From contig OZ176054.1 in the NCBI GenBank assembly GCA_964247055.1, forward strand, positions 4,774,001-4,838,000: a stretch of 64,000 nt of DNA, given 5' to 3'. This DNA comes from Paragordius varius. Its lineage: Eukaryota; Animalia; Nematomorpha. Numbering within the stretch: position 1 is the first letter of the stretch; each line of letters begins with the position of its first letter. Below, in pieces: positions 40,501 through 52,583 of this stretch. Made by a program: the position numbers and the translations under genes. A model generated the notes under the pieces. The model made no database searches. It was not told the DNA's origin and saw nothing but the letters and a program-made list of their open reading frames with translations.

Positions 40501-42501
40501 ATTACATATATCACCTTGCAATGCAGAATGGCCAAAAAACACCAATGATACCGATGATAATAGCAAGGAGATTGAAAATGTGGCCTATGAAAATTTGAGC
40601 GAAGTACATTTTTTCATATTTATTAAATGAAATTTTTTATTAGAAGGCGTGATGGTATAGTAGATAGGGCGCAGGATTCTTACATTGCCAGGGTTCGAAC
40701 CCCGAAACTACATCGCTGTCAGCCCTTGGCAGGCGAATGTTAAAGCCTTCACATGTCCGGATACAATTTAAGTCCTTACCCTTTAATAAAAAAGGAAAAA
40801 TGAGACTCTAAACTGTATATTTTTTTCAAATAAAATTTTTTATTATATTTAAAATAACAAAATATTCATGATACATGTGAGATAAGTTTTTGCGAAATTT
40901 AATTTTTGTTTTACAGATTTATCCAAAAATGTTTACACGCCTTTTCAAATCTAATATTATGAAATAATTATTTATTTCATTATTGTTAGGTTTTATTAGA
41001 TGCAAAGTATCAAGAATGGTGGTCAGTTTCATTTTCTTTGGTTGAATCCATATTAAATCAAATTTTAAAATCGATTGAAAGTACCTCCCTACACATTCTA
41101 AAAATCAATGACAATTTTGCTCAACGCAACATCCCTGAACTAATGAGCCAAAACGGTTTTGATGATAATAAATCTGGGTCAGGGGATTTAAAAGGTATTC
41201 AAAACACAGATTCGAAAGAATTTTATGACATTACTTTAGAATATTATTCTACCATATTTGAGAATTCTAATGCGATTCGTGACTATTTGTTTCAACGTTT
41301 TTGGAAAAAATTATGGTCCTTAAAATTAACATATAATCCTGAAGGTTTACCCCAACCCATAACAAGTTCAGAGTTAACAAAATCATTAAACTCCAAACTA
41401 GGCCCATCAGTGCAAAATATAGAAGCCTTGGAAAAAGAATGCATTGAATACCGTTCTGCCCTCAAACAACGGGTCGATGAATGTGAAGAATTGCGCATAA
41501 GATACGATATGCTTGATAGCAAATATAAATTGTCGCTAAACGAAAATGAAAACATTAAAACTGCGAAGGAAAATGAAATACAATCTTTAACTCAACAATT
41601 GGATGATTTACAGAGTAAGTATGCTTCTCTCGAACATGATTTACTACACAGTGATTCGACTCAAAGGAAAAAGATTATCAATCTAAAACCTGTTACCAAA
41701 ACTAAGCGTGTTCATGATCCAAATGCAGCAAAAGAAACAACGGAAAATGATTATGTTACCCAAACACCTAGGCTTGGAACTTTTACCGTTAATACTGATA
41801 TTGAGGATAAGATGTTTCTTGGGGAAAACGTTAATATTTCTGAATCTCAGTACACTAGTGAAGAAAATGATGGCACTGAAATATTGGATACCAATGCCAC
41901 AAAACGCGCTGTCCGATTAGCTTTTTTGTATGAAAAAAGACTCAATTTATTAACCAAGTATAACAAAGGATATGAAATGTATGCATGTAATGAATTATCA
42001 AAGAATCTCAAAAATAAATTAAATTCGGCGAAATATCCTGCTTTGCTGCAATATAAAAAGGAAGATTCTAATGAAAACAATACCTTTGTCCCTATATTAA
42101 ATAAATGTTTTGCCATGCAAGACAATATTGATTCATACCTAATTGATTCCTTAAAAGAAAATAATGAATGGATTAGGAATTCGAAATTTTCGAATGCAGA
42201 AATACCCACAAAAGATCTTGTTAAACAGAGGTTAAATAGATTAGAAAAGCAAAAGAAACTTAATACATTGGTAGAAAATATGGAAAAACTTTCAATGATT
42301 GCTCAGCGAAATCGAAACCATTTTCCTATTATGGAAAACCTTAATGATAATATGGTCGAATTGGGAGGAAACGATTCTTTGCCCTCAAATTTTACACTGT
42401 TTGGTAAATTGCTTTGTCCAAATTATACGCAGGCACAAAAATATTGTATAGATCATAAACAAACGCTTTTGCTTAAGCGAATTTTAGATATGTGTGATTA
42501 A
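34542..42501 (+). CDS. DCTN1: Dynactin subunit 1 (p150Glued), 12 exons, ~1622 aa
   Basis: Exons 34542-34643, 34668-34775, 34800-35111, 35140-35211, 35877-35984, 36082-36178, 36405-36519, 37182-37334, 37606-37750, 38270-39662, 39852-40603, 40990-42501 total 4869 nt, in frame. CAP-Gly [15 protein letters not shown]...YF; [13 protein letters not shown]; [14 protein letters not shown]; [16 protein letters not shown]. The C-terminal half is highly diverged. Confidence 0.93.
40646..40800 (+). mobile_element. tRNA-derived SINE-like element in DCTN1 intron 11 (40604-40989)
   Basis: Head ggcgtgatggtatagtagataggg resembles a tRNA(His) 5' half with an A-box; B-box ggttcgaaccc at 40692-40702; no acceptor-stem complement, so not a functional tRNA; followed by a non-tRNA body and an A-rich tail. 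Confidence 0.65.
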
Positions 42502-42708
42502 TCAATTTATTTATAATGAATGCAAAATAAATATGCTTATTTATTTAATCCTTATTGAAATTTATCTTTTCTTAAGAATAACATTGAGATGATTTAGTAT
42601 GATTATTTAAGTTTTTTAAAAAGAAGTAGACATGTTTGGGCAGACAAGATGACATTAGTTTATTTTAATTTTTTTATGAGCTTAAGCTAAATAAAACACA
42701 GATATGGG

Positions 42709-44315
42709 TAGGGTTGTGCCCATTAGTCAATGACCTAGGGTCATGACCTAGGTCATGACTATGGTCATGACCACGAAAAAAAATGACCTAGGTCAATTTT
42801 TTTTATTTTTTTATTTTATTAGCTTTACAATTTTTAGGAAAACAAAACCTTATATTATTTATATATCCCATTTTCACTTCAAGAGTGTCCTTGAACACTT
42901 CAAGATTGTCCTTGAACACTTCAAGTTGGTCCTTGAACAACTCAAGTTGGTCCTTGAACAATTCAAGTTGGTCCTTTAACATTTCAAGTTGGTCCTTTGA
43001 ACACTTCAAGTTGGTCCTTAAAATTTATAAATTTTGATTTAACCATAATTTTTGCATTTATTTTTTTATTTTATTATTTATTAAACTTATTTTCTTTATT
43101 TATTATATATTTATTCACTTAAAAATAATTTTTTTTTCATATAATAACCACTTTTTTGTATCAAACTTTTTTTTTAAAAGAACAAAATTATTGAATATTA
43201 AATGTTTTTAATAAAAAATTTTGATTAATAACCCAGAAAACTTATATATTTTTCCATTTCGAGTTAAAATCTTATAACTATCCAAATTATTTTAAGAAAT
43301 TAATAAAGATATACGGTTTATCAAAGATTAAAAGTTGATATCGATTAAAAGTTTATGTTAATTAATAGAAAATAGGTTAACAATAAAATAGATGAATTAT
43401 TTACTTGATTGATAAAGTTAAAAACAAAACAAAAAAGTCAAAGGACTAACTTGAAATGTTCAACCAACTTGAACTGTTCAAGGACCAACTTGAATTGTTC
43501 AAGGACCAACTTAACTGTTCAAGGACCAACTTGAATTGTTCAAGGACCAACTTGAACTGTTCAAGGACCAACTTGAACTGTTCAAGGACCAACTTGAACT
43601 GTTCAAGGACCAACTTAAAGTGTTCACACTCTTGAAGTGCAAATGGTATATGTTTATTTTGATATAAATATCATATGATATACATTTTTTCTTTACATCC
43701 TCATAAAATCAGCCTTGTGGAAATTTATCGATTAAAAAATCAAGTTACATGCAAGAAATGCAATTACACTATATATTTAAATAAAATCCGAATGAAGAAA
43801 CATTTAAAAGAAGTTTATTAAATAAATTATATGACAGAAGGTGATGGTCGAAAGCAAGCTAAGTATTTAATTTAAGTTTAGTCTTACAAATTCTGTTTTC
43901 AAGAAGAAATTAGCCAGAAACATTTAGCAAAATTTATTTTAAATCCTCAACTTTCATAGTTGAAAATAAACATTTTCGCATTTTATTCATAATTAAAAAT
44001 AATTAGAGCATAAATAGGTTTCAATTAATTCCATATTGTTAGTCTTATTTCTGTGATTTAAAAATTTCCATAGTCTTTATGTATGATTCCAGGAAAGATC
44101 GTTAATTGTAGAAACTTAAATTATTGGTATTGGTGAAAGTATATACTTTTACAAAAATATATTTTATGTAAATTCTTTTTTTATGTTTAATCAAGTATTT
44201 ATGTATGTGGTTATTTATTATTGGCAATAACATATGGTATGACCTAGGTCAGACCTAGGTCGGACCTAGGTCTGACCCCCTTTTTTTGAAAAAGGGGGTC
44301 AAAATCACAACCCTA
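42709..44315. mobile_element. Non-autonomous hAT element, 1607 bp
   Basis: TIR tagggttgtg...cacaacccta; perfect 8-bp TSD gatatggg (42701-42708 and 44316-44323); subterminal gacctaggtc palindromes at both ends. Confidence 0.93.
42868..43646. mobile_element. Nested foldback-like element with inverted arrays of a 21-bp unit
   Basis: Ends ccattttcacttcaagagtgt...acactcttgaagtgcaaatgg|ta; left array (gtccttgaacacttcaagttg)n at ~42887-43020; right inverted array (caacttgaactgttcaaggac)n at ~43440-43625. Confidence 0.85.
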
Positions 44316-46003
44316 GATATGGGTATTTATCATATATATTGTTATAATCCTTCACTAAAATTAAAATGCCATTGTTTACAAACATAAAATAAAAATTTAA
44401 TTAGTCTTTGAGTATGGTTCAACATTAATTTTAATTTTGTCCATATATGCAATATTGGATTTTACCTAGCTTATGAAAGATTATAATATATTTGATCCAA
44501 CTGTTTTGAAAAGTATCAAAGCAAAAAGGATTTTAATATTTTAATAAATGCGCTGTAAATAGATGTCACTCATGTTTTATAAATACCCCCTTAAATTCAG
44601 GACTTAATTATAAAATTTTGTTAAATGCTTGATATTGGATGTTCAAAACTTAAAAAAGCAATAATTTATGTGCGACCAATTTTTTTAATAATACTAAACA
44701 AATTTAGACGTTTTTTAGTGCCATGTTTGTAAATTTGAAATTTCATTAAAGTACATAAATAGTATATCTAAAAAATAAATTGGTCTAACAACTAAAAATT
44801 TTTTTAATTACGGTTCCGTAACATTAAACTCTAAATTTTTAAAATTAAAATTTTATATATATAGCCATGTATTTATTTCATATCCTTTTAAATAGGGCAA
44901 AAAACTGAATCTTTCCAATGGTAATTGGTCATTTAAAACAATCTGGTGTATAAGACATTTGCCTTTATATGGTCAAAATATTCAACCCATAAATAAGTCA
45001 AAAATTTTCATATCTGATTTTTAAATCATATTAATTGTTTGGGTTACATTAGTATCAAATTAAAAAAATGGAAAAAGCTTTTGGTTTGCTTTATTAATCA
45101 TTATCAAATATACCTAGTGGATACTAAAACGCATAGTTATAAATGTAAATTTATTACAAATCATTACAAAAGATCCATAATTAAACCATGTTTTATTCTT
45201 TGAAATTTTGAAATTATAAGCCTTCTAAAGAAAATAAATTAATATGAGATGGTAATTTTTTTAAAGGCAAAAAATTAAAATGGCTGTTTTGAATGACATT
45301 AAAGCGAAAGTGTTTTAATCAAAAAACTTTTTAGTGATATCTTTTTTAGACATTCTTTTCCATCTACACAAAGTTTAAACTTTTTACATCCATTACTTTA
45401 AAAAATATATTAATTAAAAACGCTTTCGCTCCGCGGGTTCGCTCCTATGTCCAATATTAACAATTGATGTAAAACATATTAGTATGCATTTTATAGAGTT
45501 TCAATTACTCTTTGTAATGATATATTAAAATGGGCATTTGCTATTTTAAAGAAAAACATTTTTTGGTATAATTTTGTTAAAGAGGGCGCATGATCATTAA
45601 AAATTAAATTATAAAAAATTCTTATGTGGAATTATAATTTTTTATTCAGATTTACTGTTAAAATGATAGTAAATATCAAAAAGCAAACTCGAATGGCAGA
45701 AAAGTTTGTTGTTTAGTGTAATGGCTATAGAAGGATTTCTACAAATATAAGATATATCAATTATTGAAATATATATGGATATTTTATCTTTTTATTCGAT
45801 CCAATTTTTTACCCACAGTTTATTTATTACAAATATTAAACGCGATTTTCGAACCAAGTCACATCTACGTGTAAACGATGCAAATGAAAGCTATTCAATC
45901 TGAATTTTACATTTTTTATGTTAGTCTGAAAGTGTTTTATCTAACCGAATCAGTTTAGTATTTAAATAATAAAACAATGAGGGAAAATTAACTATTATTT
46001 AAT

Positions 46004-46915
46004 TACTAGCGTAAATCTCGTGCTGCTACGCAGCCCGAGGAAGTCCTTCGGACTTCTGGGGGGCTTTTTAATTTTATAGGCAATTTTGGTATGCGGCACG
46101 AAGTTTTAAATGATTCACATAGTCTCATATTCTATTTGGCTCCAAAGACATGCTGTATGGATATGAATGCGCAGTTGTAGGCGGGTAGCCTCCCTACCCA
46201 GCGGCCAATATAAAAATGTAGTTAGATAAATAAATTTGCCTTAATACCTGGAATAATCGTTCAGTCCTAATAGTTATTGGAAGAATGGTTTCAAAACTAA
46301 ATAATAGTTCAATGATAGCGCATTTTTAGGGTGTAAAGGGCCTATTTAACGGTTAATTAAAAAATCCGCTCGATTAAAATTTTTGACTTTTTACGGGTAA
46401 TACTTTAAGCAGCTATTGAAATATGGCCTGATAGGTTTTCTGAAATTTAGCCCCAAAAGCACGCTATTTCGATATGACGGGTCAGTTTTTCGCGGGTAGC
46501 TCCTTACTCAGCAGCTATCATCAAAGAAACGCCTGACTAAATTTTTTGCCTTTTAACAGGGAATATGTGGAATCCATATTGAATTTTTACGGTCTTATAC
46601 CTTAGGCAAAAAATCGACTAAAAAAATATTTTTGTGGACCTTGTTTTTTGATAAAGGTGGCATTTTACGGGGGGAGCGGGTAAAGAGAGGGCCTAAGTAA
46701 AAAAGCGAGACGACTATGTTCGGCGCAATCGAAAATAACTAAATAAAAATCATATTTGAAATTGAATGGTCCAACACGTTCTCCGGAAAATTGTCTCAAA
46801 GACACGATTTTTGTGGACTTCTGTTTTAAAAAAAAACCCATTTTTCACACGGGGAGGGCCCGAACTGGGGGCCTATTTCAAAAAAAGGGCGAAGCTATTG
46901 TCGGGGCATTCATTA
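46004..46915 (+). mobile_element. Possible Helitron/Helentron-like non-autonomous relic
   Basis: Starts tactagcgtaaatctcgtgctgctacgcagcccg, resembling ACTAG-GC-hairpin 5' ends; relatively GC-rich island with internal direct repeat gcgggtagc.cc.tac.cagc at ~46181 and ~46492. The 3' end is not defined. Confidence 0.4.
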
Positions 46916-49904
46916 ATAATTATATTTTTTCGAAGTTTGGATTTGAATGGGTCTACCGTTTTTCCTGTACCAGATCTCAAAGCCAGCATTTTCCATTTTT
47001 ATAAATATATAGATTATACTTATGCATGATTTTATGGCGCAGTTACAAAATTTTTATATATAAATTATAATTTATATAAAACAACTGATTGAGGATAAAT
47101 GTTGGAAATGTGATAAAATTATAAAAATAATACATGTAAATGTTTTATACCAGTGGGACTCAACACAAAATTTTGGCGGGCCTGATATATGATTTTTTGT
47201 CTTAAGGGCCACAATATAATACCGACAAATATTGCAGAGCCACCAAGATTTTTGCGTTTGTTAATAAAATCTTCCATAAAATGGAGATGTTTTAATATTT
47301 ACCAATAATTTTTAACAAATCTCGATATTATAGCAGGTCAATTGGAATTTCGCTTTTAAATATGCCAATGTAGTTGAAAACAATAACGTTAACTCAGCCC
47401 ATTTTATATTTTAATATTTATTTGGCTCTTGTTAAAGTTAATATTACATCCTTTGCGATTTTTTATAATCCAAATTGAAACATCATGATCGATAAACTCT
47501 TCAAAAAGATGCGTATGATCAATATCAGCATAAGTTTTAATCAAAAAATCAGATATTCTTAACATAAAATAAAATTATCTAATTTAAAAATCAACAAATC
47601 AAGCGCAATTTTAATACTAGAACATAAAATAAATCAAAATCAGTGAAGTTTTTAAATATTTTATGAAATTTCATAAATCTGGGCCAATCAAAACAGTTTC
47701 GCGGCCCGTGACCACGGTTTAAGTATCGCTGTTTTATACCGTTCCTAAATTGTATGCATATAATTAATTTCAATATACTGAGATTATTTAAATCTTATGA
47801 ACAATCTGAAATTTTCTACGTTTTCAAAGCTGACTTTCATATAAGATTATAATTGTATAATATATAAAATTTTCAATACATTTTAAATATTAATATATAT
47901 TTTATCATTTTTAGTGTATATTCTGTTATGAGTACCAATAAAAAGTGTCATTAGAAAAAACATTAGTTTAGAAGAGATTATTACACAGCTATAGTTATAA
48001 ATATGAATTGTTAAATAAAACAAACCCTCTAATGCAGCATTAATCACTGAATTTAAGCTATTTGGGTATCTCTAAATAATCAACACTTATACACTTAAAC
48101 ATATTTTGATGTTATGTTTAAATTATAATTTATAAAGGCAGAAGGCGCAAAAAGGCGATTTTTACGATAAGTATTACTAATTGGCGGTAATTATAACATT
48201 AAATGTAAAAATAAACATTTTGAAGAAAAATTTATTTGAATCGTATATTATTATAAGCATTGTAACAACGGTAGTAAGAGAATTAAAAATATTATAAACC
48301 CTTTTATATTTCAATAAAACTAAACATTTTTCTCACTACAAACATTTGTTAACACTGCGTTAAAAAATATCCTGGAGAAACACTGATAGATGCTTTTATT
48401 TAGGTCCTAACGAGTAATAAGAAACTTATTTCTTTTGTAGTAACTCTTTCATATAGAAAATGGCATTTGCGCATACTTTTTAAATAAATTTTTTTTGGTG
48501 AAAGCTAAATGCTTTATTCCAAAAATTATACCTAATAAGGCCATATAATATTTAACACTCCATTATTTTTTGGAGTAGATATATCCCAAAGGGATTTGAA
48601 ATCTTAATATCTTAAAGGTATTTAGGATATTAAGTTGAAGTTAAAAAAATGCCCTTTTTACTCTTTAAGGCACATTATACAATTTTTTTTAAAAATTGAA
48701 AAAACCCATCTAAACTTGATTGCCGCACTTTTTTCTATAATCTTCTTCAAGTCTCTAATGCAACATGCACGATTAGAATATGTAATCAATTAACTTTAAA
48801 AAGCATTTCGATTTTACCACCTAAAAACCTGATATATTTTGTTTTTATATCAACTCATTTCAACGTTTGGAGCTGTCCCAATTTTAGACTCTAGAAGACA
48901 AAACACTATAAATCTACTTCTTAACTACTACATAGAAAAATGTTTGGTAGGTAATTTTATAAAAATATTTCAAAACTGTAGTTTTACAACAACTACCCCA
49001 AAAGGTAAACATGGACAAAAAGTGAAAAGGTTATAAAGTGTTAACCTATTTATCGCTATATATAAAATTTTTTGTATATATTAAGAAAAAACTAGCCCAT
49101 TTTAGAAGAGCAAAAAAATTTGCGACTTTTGGAACCCACCTCAAAAAATAAAAATTTTTAAAATTATTATTTTGCTTTTAATATGTCGTTTATGATATAT
49201 TTTAGTTGTATTTTTTGGAAAGAAGTATTAGGCTTTTACCAAAAAAAATTATTTTAAAAATTGTACGGATATTTTGCTATTTTTTGATAGGGAGCACTTA
49301 CCACTATGGTGTAAATAACAATATTCGCAGGGGCAAAAAAGCACCTGATATATTTATATCAGAATCTTTATAATTTTATCAGGATATTTTATTATAACCT
49401 CCCATTTTATACACTGTATATGAATTGTATGTATACTGTTTTAACATGCTCCGAAATGCCATAAAATACGGTTTCATTTAAATTTTATATTTAACCGAGT
49501 ATGAAATATTTTTTATTGTTGTAATCTAGCATATCAAAAATTATTATTTCTGCTTATTAACGCTTTATTAAAAACTGACCCATTTTTGACGCAAAAAAAT
49601 CGAGCAAACCTCTTATATAAATACAAATAATAAAAAAAATTATATTTTAATCTTAAATTTAGTTTGTAATAAAATAATTTTTTGGAAGTTTAGCCATAAG
49701 AGAAAAAAATTATTAGCAAAGTGCATACTTTGCGATTTCTAAATTGCATCAAGAGTGCAAATAACTTAGGTCCAAAAATTAAAAAAGTAAATCCTACATT
49801 TTACTAGACATATTCGTTCAGGGATTTTTTTCTGAACACGTGTGAATTTTAACACTTCGATTCAAATTGGGGTACTAAATACCCCAATCTAAATTTAAAT
49901 TAAT

Positions 49905-50440
49905 ATTTTTAAAAACTACTGAAGGAAACGGTCCCAATTTAAATTTATGCTTCTATCTTAATAAAAATTATGTATATTAATATGCCAAAATATCTTAAAA
50001 AAATTTTGTTTTGAAAAAAAAAGTTCCATGTCAAACTACTTCGACGCCATTGTTATTTTACAAAATTTTTGCAAAATATCGTCTTCATTTAATTTTAAGA
50101 GTAAAATTAAAGCTAATTTTTTATTTAAATTACATCTAACATCGATAGAATCAGAAAGAACGGTTTATTTTGTATTAATTTTTGATTTTATAATTTCTGT
50201 CACGTTGACGAAATTTACCTTTCGGTTTCAGCTTAAAATAAGTATATCAAGTATTTTTGAATAAAATTTTTTATATTGGTTTATTAATGTTATATAAGTG
50301 CAAAATTTTGCCATGGTTTCGATTCCTTCCATACTTTCTTAAGTATTTGATTTTAAACAGGCCTGGGGTATCCCACTACCCCAATTTGAATCGAAGGACT
50401 AAAATGAGTGTGTTGTATCCAAGTGTTAATGCAAGATTGG
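49905..50440 (-). mobile_element. Second copy of the LINE 3' relic, immediately upstream of the SNF start codon
   Basis: Collinear with 20945-21690 once the MITE is removed: aaaaactactgaa.gaaa.ggtcccaatttaaatttatgcttc, aaaattaaagctaat, ttcgaagga...gtgttgtatccaagtg. Confidence 0.75.
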
Positions 50441-50487
50441 TAATAACAATTAAACACATTTTGACATTCGCAAAAAAGGCCATCGCC

Positions 50488-51369
50488 ATGCAGTACCCAC
50501 CAAATCATACAATTTATATTCGAAATTTGAACGAAAAAATTAAAAAAGAAGGTTAATTTATTGTCTAATTCAAAAGAGGTGAAAAAATCTCTGTATGCTA
50601 TTTTTTCTCAATTTGGACAAATTTTGGATATTGTTGCTTTGAAAACACTCAAGATGCGTGGTCAAGCATTTGTTATTTTCAAAGATATTAATAGTGCAGC
50701 TAATGCTTTGAAAGCTATGCAAGGATTTCCATTTTATGATAAACCTATGGTTTTTATAATATATAACATAAGGTTATTCAATATTCAAAAACTGACTCTG
50801 ATATAATTGCTAAAATGAAGGGCTCTTACGTTGAGAGACCCAAAAAGAAACCGACTGAACCTCTTCCGGCTAACCGTAAAGAAAAAGTTAAAGTTCGTGA
50901 TTTTGTTTCTAATGATCCTTTTGATTTTACCACTGTTAAATATCACCAACAAAATCATGGTAAAATTTTTTGTAAAATTATTAGATTCTGATATACCGAA
51001 CAATATTCTCTTTGTAACGAAATTGCCGCCCGATACGAATGAGACAATGCTCAATACGTTATTTGAACAGTATATTAATTAATATTTTCTTGTACTTTAA
51101 ATATATTCTCATACTATAAAGTTTAAAATCAATTTGTTACTAAAACTTTTTATTGTATACTTTGCGAATGCTAATGTATTAAAAAAATATTTAAATTATT
51201 TCTCAGATTTGCAGGATTTAATGAGGTAAGAATGGTACCTGGCCGTGCAGACATTGCATTTGTGGAATTTATGACAGAGAGTCAAGCAACATCGGCTAAG
51301 AATTCGCTTCAAGGATTTAAGATGACACCAACTAATTCGATTCATATTACATTTGCTAAGAAAGGATAA
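50488..51369 (+). CDS. snf: U1A/U2B''/SNF spliceosomal two-RRM protein, 223 aa
   Basis: Exons 50488-50551, 50577-50749, 50773-50959, 50985-51069, 51207-51369 total 672 nt. [34 protein letters not shown] (SNF-type RRM1), [30 protein letters not shown]. Confidence 0.96.
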
Positions 51370-52583
51370 ATTATTTACTATGATATATGTTTTTTGTACA
51401 TATTATAAATAAATTTATGTTAATATATTTTCGTTAAGATAAAATTTAATAATATCATGCTTTAATCTGATACTACCTTATTAATTAAAATATATTCTGC
51501 TATAATAGTTAAATAATATGGTTAAAATGAGTCGCGAAAAATGGTCTTCAAAAAAATTAGCCCTTCTGTAACAAATTCCGAACATTTGCAGCCGGTTTCC
51601 GAGTTGGTTCCTTACCTTTCATATAATAATTTGAAACATTTATTGTAAAACTCAACACTTATTGTAAATTAATTTTATTGGAAGAAATATGACAGTTTAT
51701 TTAATGTATGATGTAAAAAGTACAAATGTTTGTTATTAACATTTCAAACATTATCACATTTTTTATACAACCTTTGTAAATTTATTAAAAAGTTATTGCA
51801 TCAAAATCAAAACGAAAAGGTTTTGACCGAAGTCTAATTATATTATAATATTTTGGTACATCCATTCCAATTTTAATGAATAATTTTCATATTTTCCCAA
51901 TAAAAAAATTATTGAGAGACCCATTTACAAGAACATAACAAATATTTGTATATCAGCAATAAATGGTAGCGAGAGCCATTTGCATCTAAACCTACTTTAT
52001 TTTTATATGGCGCGTGCATACGCAGTGGCAAAAACAACATCATTGAAATTTTTACCTCTCCTTTAAAAATATGGTTTCAGTTCCGATTCGCCCTGATCAA
52101 AATTAATAACTCGTTTATGGTTTTAAGTTATTTTTCACGGAGAATATTATATAAATTACCAACAATCGTGACTTTTTATGGGAGCTTTTAACACTTTCAT
52201 TAATATCAAAAGAGGGGCTATATATTACCAAACCGAATCTATGAGTTTTTTATTTCAAATAAGATATAAACAATTTGTTCTATAATATCTAAACAATTAA
52301 ATGTTTTAATATATCGCACCTATATAATATTTCTTGTGCGAGGTTTTGGGTTGTCATTGAAGATTATGAAACATTAACATAGTCAATGATCCATCAGTTT
52401 TAAAATTGCCAGCGGTTAATTTTCAATTGTTTAAAGGTCGATAGGGTCACAGCATCCATATGAATATATTTTAAAAAAATAATACTGCAAAAAAATTAAT
52501 CATATATTCTCTTTCAGATTTAAACCAGCTATTAGAATCGTTTTATAGATTGCTTAAATTTAACAAACATGGAATGGATAATT

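Noticed and set aside
40646-40720. Functional tRNA gene
   Set aside because: The acceptor stem cannot form (ggcgtga has no complement after the T-arm) and the anticodon arm is not canonical.
40670-40750. HDV-like or hammerhead ribozyme in the SINE body (hairpin followed by GCGAAUG; GAAAC motif)
   Set aside because: No consistent P1/P3/L3/P1.1 can be assigned and there is no CUGANGA core.
38941-42209. Minus-strand ORFs (38941, 41292, 41847) and alternative-frame ORF 41708
   Set aside because: Shadows of DCTN1 exons.
50257-50487. N-terminal extension of the SNF ORF from the TTG at 50257
   Set aside because: This part is LINE-relic sequence; homology to U1A/SNF begins at the ATG at 50488.
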